In this document: piece after piece, positions 34,701 to 39,831 of the stretch | Layout of the letters: each line of letters begins with the position of its first letter | How positions within the stretch are numbered: the stretch's first letter is position 1 | Assembly (NCBI GenBank): GCA_044892505.1 | Contig: CM097883.1 | Coordinates: forward strand, 256,060,001-256,124,000 | Source of the DNA: Schmidtea nova | Lineage: Eukaryota | DNA: 64,000 nt | Direction of reading: 5' to 3' | Translations under genes and position numbers: made by a program | The notes under the pieces: generated by a model | Databases searched by the model: none | What the model saw: the letters and a program-made list of their open reading frames with translations, nothing else | Told to the model about the DNA's origin: nothing

Positions 34701-35162
34701 AAATTTGTCTTTTATCTCTTCTCTTGGTTCACTCATTTCGATTCCGCTGTCTGTAGTTATTTTACTTTCGTTTCCTCTTGTTTCTAGTTCACTGTTAGGT
34801 TCGTCACTCGAATTTCGGTCGATCTCAGTTTCTTTTGCTGATTCGTTATCTGATGCTTTACTATCGTTATCGGTATCGTCACTTTCTGTTTCTTGTTCTA
34901 CTTCGTCTTCTATTTCTTCTATATAATCGTTGTTGGTTTTGTCGACTTCTATTTCACTTATTGGGTTTCTCTCGGGTTCTGCTTGATTTTCTTTGTTGCT
35001 TGAACTGTTGCTTGTTACTGATAATTTATCGTTTTCGATAATCGACTTTTGTATTATTATCTGCCTTGCTTTACTTCCTTTTAGGCCTTTCTGATTATTA
35101 TTCTTGGTAGCTTTATTCTTTTCTGCTGGTTTTATTATGACACTCTTTTCTCCTTTTCTCAA
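25710..35162 (-). CDS. gag-pol: Polyprotein 5' part (3,150 aa): Gag, UBL x4, AT-hook, Bcl-2-like, fusion glycoprotein, protease, RT
   Basis: Uninterrupted 9.45-kb ORF with PFNGD capsid-like region, three CCHC knuckles, DTG protease and RT (FCIDYRRLN, DLKSGYWQ, MPFGL, YIDD). Track start is TTG; first ATG is at 34736. Confidence 0.95.
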   Translation of the reverse strand: MRKGEKSVIIKPAEKNKATKNNNQKGLKGSKARQIIIQKSIIENDKLSVTSNSSSNKENQAEPERNPISEIEVDKTNNDYIEEIEDEVEQETESDDTDNDSKASDNESAKETEIDRNSSDEPNSELETRGNESKITTDSGIEMSEPREEIKDKFSGEPFNGDASKLETFLKEFGIFVEVCKWKPETTVSRIQLYLKDSALDLYLEAKNGINPPTSWSAIKDFFQQTFGINKVLNEAFTEFSMRKQKINESNAVYASELKKLAKLIFNQDSPINEELMAAIFVGGLRRPDIRAQVGCQGCKTIDQALETANRFELHMIGNDGRIYLAMDTAQNEQEVNLNNHIPNSQQLNRPPPQRRNEGNKVSNFGNQSNYNPQGPTKQCKTCGKLGHWQQECYQNLNCGKCGVKGHSESRCYTITCFNCGRPGHLSRNCGQRSNQRGNWQNTGNRQNYGNQPTGGNRQNYGNQPNNGNQPEYGNQPNSNNNNQNKNTTKEIHLMQEVQRLTELINNTTRGNPQTGQQQINMMRKIESENERLNRESQARHAQEWARIQREEEQKQQERERQPLRINMMRATNQTNTHEKETVPEINLTNPNPTNNEGRKEIIQEDEEAEKETEKEVEKERNQEEKRKLGKRGMMVILPNKHVFRFQYNIKEEVEILFNKVNEMAPGVTKLPREVFLKIEGAPEVKLKLTDTWENMGVVETKRNVMVIKEIEPEGIPSPVRHETRISRIFKGKMIRRRLEEIDELERKMRKVEVVDDKSESTQKAIKSETRPTENTPREINQIKHINMLRGQARNFSDDEEDSDVSSLAGDMLNEPEIEDKKIEVVKTPGTIQVKEDEIQKLLDNTLEVIYNEEFIDKKHYRKFMRAILQMNYKEWLPGREVETLSQYVGKLLKEPLHEYIILIEIKTCLPRIWVKTPLTEDIYQWVEDRLGSSYKNKFLYSQNGLVKKRTHLIETGIWPGEVTTLSICDDKREENLQEVAKEANMCFEKKIKPRLEYEKGRILRGNLNSMIEQIIPQIKKHRKELMRSEYEKLKRCIECIRDTSHTRWSQISYGKVIAKMGKAMFRQGKITDLKIAVELPNEDTKEIEVVADCTIKELVNVINETLLQREPEEEWEDDIIMKYNEHVLWDHDERRLYKIGIWDNHQTIHVIRMDDKPRETAKDEKRERERQKEVVHKLQQIVDIYRNWRIWPEWEDVLEELNLNRRLRTPVEKQWNERGKCWEPKAGEYEEEYEIGIEDDHKPETGRVCMVTRKAMPADLDGPETATMWLEREKQKTEEFVEILKTNAHGKRKVVKGLADFFVVNGEDITCLRKVAKAIAEYKRVNEWCPEQLDHVIKKWRNQEFSQESPQKVHLRIVYPNQEKEEFWVGIAEKVRDIKKKLRYEPPFHLQHQGRSLDNSLEIGITPAQLDIANTLTVAAIAGQPLKLKEEKKPKGSMSTPSPMKSVMTPGTSSEQARTTPRETRERTPPEPYDVDEIFTDSDDMLEELIELTKEKDDNIFERIQELPTAIPVTNTEDEVEQEIIIEEVNEIAEEEARRANVENVQFTQEMERWLEERANEPRDVTEETGRETRLVEMGTTMDKRPRGRPKIDPANVVIKSREEKRRDQWDLCLKKLNKIAETKEKETTQTYQGEEWISKMLIEILAIIDPELKKWWRINEISERAKSLHSAIAPILPELIKEKTRSNHLDWQGTTMLIKKLTEGAETDNKYLIAMAYTIYNLLTLSRGRLKPTALERHIKNTAKIIEKEIEPYIISKGGWETFTKTNQKKNQAKNMKRKFEEILGELEKEKSGTGNGKSSLNLSSIIMMMLIWMISTDGATAFEVFDCDQMALGEKYSLRGTEQCKDATPTELKTLKKRQLYHVYQEAELIRTMVRECKVYKTRFAFYCGHRHYSAIVMPGTERESVMLQGEDCEKLFKHGEVETRDRVKIRGKTGVILQQTYYVAGAITGGEGYCQGATYPIFGVAATNLVVIDTYTVELKTYEAFFDPTTGEMKTLPMCKIESNTCQTGMSTLTYQIRGKECQLQLLKEAEFDEIQGKTFQEEEEDEVARGKILQDTVRGEKKIETRTQEKQIKMRNTPTVLITSDADIGMRFVKGKTALKCGVAMLETNYPGIFVSKQEVPSAKRKVHTNDVKLHLYMNNKMDFLFHRGQASLQKVYYDLINNDCILNREILKTKLAVAITNPDSAMPLLPLREGHFGRVVGEVMYVYICKKTNAKVATMTKLQPGQCTNELEIEYKGKVRYVQPVTRIINPISFEPNPFNCSNAYGPLYQKPDGNWVMFPSRTEVPAPREFELMQLSKGRKFKDVDVSNMGFYSAKDLEAARQNILFPARMEAVLSSIVTITGGTNYQGGPNYELLLSPAHFKKATENMMKAMWGRFLIFGQMMAGILGVILIIQIIRVIITQMLACFDIYKREKKVNWKLVVGFLPFLAKTMVLHGHSKDIHRIKRLLKILAKMKGTDEEVGRKFKKIMNNEQARQQLKKERKGLWERMKGYRTQDDSSDDDDDDNEGGQVFKNQVPQYVEKNPAEMWKCYAPPPTMYQEPTPGMRQNTMQMMPMTNIYPMIPEDYRTRRCRSVDPQGDSHTIAVMSSNTGPVLTTTIEINGREIEAMIDTGANISAIDIKWIPQEQRRDIERTNVHVIACSKEVVEVAGRWWVKIKHQNTEIETYVAVIPALSVPCIIGTDLMPALFKEIVIDLGTMRLKDRTGQICAIEAKVTSSKQIIVPARREKICFVKIDPTIEGDMIFEPSKRFEKRKSLPMARGLVSANDNGEIPINVVNFDEEDKIIYENERLGKLTPMIDIEIPIKEGVKEEEPTWNIDSQLLNEDQKKQLERLLMEYKDIFAASDLDLGTCDVTLHTIPLTDKTPIALRPYKLAEAQKSVAEAEVQKMLDAEVIEPSCSPWQFPVVMVKKKDGTQRFCIDYRRLNAVTKRDTYPLPDINEMLLTLQGAAYFTSLDLKSGYWQIKMKEEDKEKTAFTIGRDLYQFRKMPFGLTNAPASFQRCMNFVTHGIKQCMVYIDDLLIYSSTFEQHIQDIRDVFVRLRQWKLKLKPSKCDWAKEKVTFLGHIVSAKGKEPDPRNIDKVKECPVPKTITQIQEFLGLCGYYRKFIKDYAGIAKPIQELVKKDVCSYGEANNKQPSKHYEIS
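25800..26560 (-). other. Reverse transcriptase core
   Basis: SPWQFPVVMVKKKDG, LDLKSGYWQ, MPFGLTNAPASFQR; YIDD at 26088-26099. Confidence 0.97.
27050..27370 (-). other. Retropepsin aspartic protease
   Basis: AMIDTGANIS (DTG at 27306-27314) and IIGTDLM. Confidence 0.95.
27835..29750 (-). other. env: Envelope-like fusion glycoprotein, chuvirus G / class III-like, in frame between Gag and protease
   Basis: Signal SSIIMMMLIWMISTDGATA|FEVFDC. Cys pattern ECKVYKTRFAFYCGHRHYSAIV, GYCQGATY, KCGVAMLETNYPGIFV, YMNNKMDFL, DCILNREIL, VVGEVMYVYIC, CTNEL, PVTRII, CSNAYGPLY. TM GRFLIFGQMMAGILGVILIIQII. Confidence 0.85.
29865..30340 (-). other. Bcl-2-like domain
   Basis: All-helical ~160 aa ending in BH2-like IEPYIISKGGWETF. 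Divergent BH1-like DNKYLIAMAYTIYNLL. A hydrophobic anchor follows ~35 aa later. Confidence 0.65.
30387..30410 (-). other. AT-hook motif KRPRGRPK
   Basis: Exact HMGA-type AT-hook consensus, in frame (aa 1585-1592). Confidence 0.75.
30898..33270 (-). other. Four ubiquitin-like (beta-grasp) domains with helical spacers
   Basis: ~33030-33270, 32250-32465, 31700-31947 (IAVELPNEDTKEIEVVADCTIKELVNVI...IMKYNEHVL...LYKIGI...TIHV) and 30898-31106 (LQHQGRSLDNS). No C-terminal GG. Confidence 0.7.
33872..34710 (-). other. gag: Gag capsid-like domain and three CCHC zinc knuckles
   Basis: EPFNGDASKLETFL...LYLKDSALDLY; CKTCGKLGHWQQEC, CGKCGVKGHSESRC, CFNCGRPGHLSRNC. Confidence 0.92.
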
Positions 35163-35716
35163 CGGGATTACTTTTGTATACTCAATTTTCCTGTCTTATC
35201 GTGTTCCGATTCTTTTCTTCCTTGGTTGCTTGGTTTGGTTTGATTGATTTATCTAAAATACAAATGTCACTTCAACGATACTCTATTGTTATCGTTGCGC
35301 TTTTATTCTCTTTTTACGGGACTTCTCATTGCTGGGTTTCTATTATTTTTCCCCATTCCCAGATTCCCCTTTATTTAAGTCTATTTAAATTATCTATATA
35401 CTAGTCACAATTATCTATTTAGTCATAACAATTATCTATCGGTTATTCAAATACATCAATTATTTTTCCCGCGGTCTCCCAATTTATTTGTCGTTCGAAC
35501 GCTCTAATTCCCTGAGTCATTTGACTCGATTATTATTTTATCATCTCTTTATCTTTCTCTCTGCTAGCCTCTAATTATTAATTCTGCCGGTCTTTCCGGT
35601 CAGCTCCTATTTCTCAATTCTACTTGCATGCATTATTTTAGGTCGCATAATCAGCTTTACTCGCATTTCTCAATTCCTGGTGCGCACTATTCTCATTATC
35701 GTCGACGATCACAACT

Positions 35717-35930
35717 CTGGGCCTATATTCCCTCTGTTGTTATTTCTTATCACTTGCAACCCTGGGCCTATATTCCCTCCGTTGCTACTCAAACGATTGT
35801 AACCCTGGGCTTATATTCCCTCCGTTACTATCTTCCTTTAATTTTAAATAATTGCAACCCTGGGCCTATATTCCCTCCGTTGCTACTCAACAATTGTAAC
35901 CCTGGGCCTATATTCCCTCCGTTACTATAT
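35717..35930. repeat. Leader array 1: five copies of a ~27-nt core
   Basis: CTGGGCCTATATTCCCTCCGTT(G/A)CTA-like cores start at 35717, 35762, 35805, 35860 and 35902. Confidence 0.85.
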
Positions 35931-35968
35931 ATCCGGATATCCCTATTGGCTCCTTTGGCCTCTAATTA

Positions 35969-36136
35969 ATATCAATTATCTCAAATGGCTCTTATGGCCT
36001 CAAATTCATATCTCAATTATCTCAAATGGCTCTATTGGCCTTAAATTCATATCTCAATTATCTCAAATGGCTCTATTGGCCTTAAATCATATCTCAATTA
36101 TCTCAAATGGCTCTATTGGCCTTAAATCGTATCTCT
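35969..36136. repeat. Leader array 2: four ~41-bp tandem units
   Basis: ATATCTCAATTATCTCAAATGGCTCTATTGGCCTTAAAT(T)C repeated. Confidence 0.9.
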
Positions 36137-36179
36137 CAATAACGCCTAGCTAGGTCATTCAATATGGCTCTTTGGCCTC

Positions 36180-36579
36180 AACCCTTTGTTTCAAGGGACA
36201 AACCGCTGATAACCCTTTGTTTCAAGGGACAAATTCTAATAACCCTTTGTTTCAAGGGACAAACCGCTGATAACCCTTTGTTTCAAGGGACAAATTCTAA
36301 TAACCCTTTGTTTCAAGGGACAAACCGCTGATAACCCTTTGTTTCAAGGGACAAATTCTAATAACCCTTTGTTTCAAGGGACAAACCGCTGATAACCCTT
36401 TGTTTCAAGGGACAAATTCTAATAACCCTTTGTTTCAAGGGACAAACCGCTGATAACCCTTTGTTTCAAGGGACAAATTCTAATAACCCTTTGTTTCAAG
36501 GGACAAACCGCTGATAACCCTTTGTTTCAAGGGACAAATTCTAATAACCCTTTGTTTCAAGGGACAAACCGCTGATAAC
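36180..36579. repeat. Leader array 3: perfect 61-bp (31+30) higher-order repeat, 13 monomers
   Basis: AACCCTTTGTTTCAAGGGACAA followed alternately by ACCGCTGAT (7x) and ATTCTAAT (6x). Confidence 0.97.
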
Positions 36580-37053
36580 TTTTCCTTAACCGGTTAATCG
36601 TAATTCTTAACTTCGCTAGCGACTACAATTTCTCAGCTGAGTTCTCTCAATTTCATGCGAGCTGATTATGCACCTCTTATTTTTCTCTATAATTCCTCGA
36701 TTCTTTGTTTTATTACTAATTCTTTCGCTGATCAGTTCTACTTCAATTTTTATTATTTTCTCTGCGCGCATCTTACCTCATCATGGTTTTCCCTATTTCT
36801 CTACCCAACCAAAATATACAAAAAGATCGCGTTGGTCTACTAATGCGGGATGTGGTGATCAATCACATCACAAAAGCTTTCCAACATTTGCGATTGGCCC
36901 CTTTCTATATACCCCGAGTGGGTTGATCAACTGGTACCTCCCAATGGGTGCTTAACGGACTACTTGACAGTAGCTCAAAAATTAATTAACATTGTTGATT
37001 GCTCCCCTGACTTTGTCATTCGATACAATACATTAACACACTCTAAATATTTA

Positions 37054-37515
37054 TTATAAATAAACTACAATTTTATCAGCTACAGAGAAATTGCACATGG
37101 GGCACTCATCACACTTGTTCGCACAGTTTTTACAGAATCGAAAATGTCCACATGGAAGAAACATTATTTGGATTTCACTGTCTTCGCATATGTAACATTG
37201 TTTATAGTGTTTTGCTGCCTCGACCCCTTGCGACATCCATCGGTTATATGTTAGACTTAACTGCTGTTCTATATGTCGGCATCTAATATTCAACTCGGCA
37301 TCCTCTAATCGTGCTTTGTACCATTTATATCGCGTATTTATATCGAGTTTATTCACTTTCTCTATGATTTTTATTAACTCAGTTGTTTCCTCCGTTTGTG
37401 TCGTAGGTTCCTCATATTCGGATGCTCTTATTCGGGTTATTTTTTCGCAGACTGTCTCAAATGTATCGTTCTCGGTGTTGAAAAATTCCTCGATTTCTTT
37501 CAGTTTTTCCTCCAT
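37054..37515 (-). CDS. Accessory protein with C-terminal IAP/XIAP-type RING finger (153 aa), between PBS and gag
   Basis: CYICEDSEIQIMFLPCGHFRFCKNCANKCDECPMCNFSVADKIVVYL at the extreme C-terminus. No BIR domain seen. Confidence 0.88.
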   Translation of the reverse strand: MEEKLKEIEEFFNTENDTFETVCEKITRIRASEYEEPTTQTEETTELIKIIEKVNKLDINTRYKWYKARLEDAELNIRCRHIEQQLSLTYNRWMSQGVEAAKHYKQCYICEDSEIQIMFLPCGHFRFCKNCANKCDECPMCNFSVADKIVVYL

Positions 37516-37561
37516 TTCCTAGATAATTTATTTAATTACTGTGTTAATATTATTCGAAAAG

Positions 37562-37631
37562 TAGTACTGTGTTTCGTTTCTGACAGTTTTATAGCCTAGT
37601 ACTGTGTTTCGTTTCTGACAGTTTTATAGCC
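37562..37631 (-). promoter_or_regulatory. Duplicated 35-bp unit containing TATAAAA upstream of the RING gene
   Basis: Minus strand GGCTATAAAACTGTCAGAAACGAAACACAGTACTA x2, ~45 nt before the ATG. Promoter role inferred. Confidence 0.4.
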
Positions 37632-37855
37632 TCCCCCCGTGTTTCGGTAAATTGTCTTCCCGACCTGTTATTTATGAATGCATTTGTTCAATTTATCTAC
37701 TAATTTGTTTTAATTCTCTGTTTGTAATTATCTATTTCCACGCAACTCACTTTTATCTCGTTTACTCTTTCGGTTACTATTTCTACTCACAAAATTCTGA
37801 TTTTAAATTTCTCTGTTGTCATTGGGTTCACATTTTCAGCATAAAAACAAAGTTG

Positions 37856-37873
37856 ATCCCGGCTGAGCCCCCA
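37856..37873 (-). other. Primer-binding site, tRNA-Pro type
   Basis: TGGGGGCTCAGCCGGGAT, 16/18 identical to the classical tRNA-Pro PBS TGGGGGCTCGTCCGGGAT; 6 nt from the LTR end. Confidence 0.88.
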
Positions 37874-38440
37874 AATTTATGCTGGGATTATGGGTGGGTT
37901 TTAAGTAATTCAAATAAATTATTAATCATTAATTGAACGACTATTGATGAGTACGTTTACTAGGGATTTCCACGCCCATAACCATACATAACATGACTAC
38001 TACACGCGTATGCCCTTGACTATTCCCTACTAGTCAAGTTGGTACTGCATACGGTGGTGGAAAAATGATGGGCAGGTGAGCTTTGTTGCCAAAACTACTC
38101 CCCATTTATCTTCCCTCGGGTCCTTGCTGCCGATAGAAGGTCTTACGCATTTACATTCTATGGATGTTCGTTTCTTACTGCATTTTATACTACATATCCT
38201 TATGATCTATCATACGCTTTTCCCAATGACTTTCCTTAATTGATCTACAATGTAATTAATCAGTCTCGGCGTAGAAATGGTCGGTTTGAGAAAATTACGG
38301 ATGCGATTTTCTATTTCGATGATTTCAGTGTTGTTAATTTATTTTATTTAGTAACCTCGCCCGATGAGAGACAAAATTTACACAGAAAATACTTTTATTA
38401 AAATACTAAAATCAGGTTGTTATTTTACATGGATATTTTC

Positions 38441-39025
38441 CTAAGCGAATTCCAGACTGATCTCCTGAATCAACTCCGCTTCGGTTAAGGAGTTCAAGTG
38501 GTGGATTTGTTCGTCCAGGCGCTTTGCAACTTCTCGGCGACGACGACGCTGTCGCGATCCCATTCGGTGTTTCCGAAGCTGTTGGTTTATGACCGGTGCT
38601 GACGCTATTGTTCTCGGGGGATCACTGAGAAAAACAGGCAAATCTTCCGTTGTAAGAGAGGGGGCCATGATGATTCCCTCTTCCGTCCCGCAAGCGACAT
38701 CTTGGTGAGTGCATTGTATCCAGCGCTGAGCTGTGATCGGCCGGATTAGCGCTCGTAATTCGGAGTCGATGTAACTTCTTGTTACTGCATTTAGGCAATT
38801 TCGGAGTTCTCGCTGGACGGCATCTAGTTCCAATTTGGTTGTGGCCAGTGCTTCCTGCATTCGCTCCAGTTTTTTCGACTGGTCCTTCATTTGTTCGGGC
38901 GAGAACCACTTCGCTCTCAATTCATCGTTGGCGACCGTGAGTCGCTTGATCTGGCGCTGCTGGTCCCTCAACTTCCTCTCTTGGATTTGTCCCATGATTT
39001 TCTTGGAATTTTCTGAAGTCGGCAT
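38441..39025 (-). CDS. LTR-encoded ORF-B (194 aa); 5' LTR copy
   Basis: Same as 12997-13581 except V14I. Confidence 0.6.
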   Translation of the reverse strand: MPTSENSKKIMGQIQERKLRDQQRQIKRLTVANDELRAKWFSPEQMKDQSKKLERMQEALATTKLELDAVQRELRNCLNAVTRSYIDSELRALIRPITAQRWIQCTHQDVACGTEEGIIMAPSLTTEDLPVFLSDPPRTIASAPVINQQLRKHRMGSRQRRRRREVAKRLDEQIHHLNSLTEAELIQEISLEFA

Positions 39026-39354
39026 GCTGTCTGAATATTATAACGATAAATTCGCTGGAGGACCTATCAACAATGTTATTTTATTTAGTCTATTATTTAC
39101 TATCATTAAACGAGATGCATACTAATGTTTTTAATTATTAAGTTTGTTGCCAAATTAATTAACTATCTAATTATTGAAGGCTCAAAAATTTTATTGAACT
39201 AATTTGAGATTATTAAATGAAATTCCTAATGACTATAACAACTACAATACTGGATATTAATAAATCTACATTACGACACTATTAACAAAATGAGATACTT
39301 CAGAAATTTTTTAAAACATTTATTAAATTCAAAAATAGGTGGCCATTGATTCAA

Positions 39355-39831
39355 TTATCCATCTTCGGTCATTTTTCCCCGATACGAAAATATCGATTTA
39401 ATTTGCAAATTTGTGTGGATTCCTGGGCTATTGGACGAGGCTTGCTGGAAGCGGATTCTCTCAGCTTCTCGAAGGGGTCGTATGGCTGTATTGAACTTGA
39501 ACCCCAATTCCTTGAAGGTAGAGGCTGGAATGAACCCCCAATAAATGACACATTTCGGGAATCCTCCTTTGTCCAACATCAGGATGAACCAGGCGGCGTG
39601 CCATGATTCGAATTCCTCATCTGGAATGATTGGCCAACTAGCGCATCCCCGGTACCATACGTGGTGCCGTGGATGGTCCCATACTGTAAATGGACAGGCG
39701 GTTTCGAGCTCTCGGCGCCATGCCCACATCTTTTGATGGATTTGCTGTAAAATCTCGAAAGGAGCCGGCTTTAATGGGCTAACTCGGGCTCGTTCTTGTC
39801 GTTTTTTGATAGTGTATCTATGCTTAGTCAT
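39355..39831 (-). CDS. LTR-encoded ORF-A (158 aa); 5' LTR copy
   Basis: Identical translation to 13911-14387. Confidence 0.55.
   Translation of the reverse strand: MTKHRYTIKKRQERARVSPLKPAPFEILQQIHQKMWAWRRELETACPFTVWDHPRHHVWYRGCASWPIIPDEEFESWHAAWFILMLDKGGFPKCVIYWGFIPASTFKELGFKFNTAIRPLREAERIRFQQASSNSPGIHTNLQIKSIFSYRGKMTEDG

Noticed and set aside
19900-35100. Numerous plus-strand ORFs of 60-160 aa rich in F/L/S/V
   Set aside because: Antisense shadows of the purine-rich minus-strand polyprotein; no motifs.
16322-35198. TAA reassigned to an amino acid (three in-frame TAAs in otherwise open frames)
   Set aside because: TAA also terminates clearly complete genes in the same element (RING, membrane protein); point mutation is simpler.
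36180-36579. CRISPR-like repeat/spacer appearance
   Set aside because: The 'spacers' are only 8-9 nt and alternate between two fixed sequences; there are no cas genes and the context is a eukaryotic retroelement.
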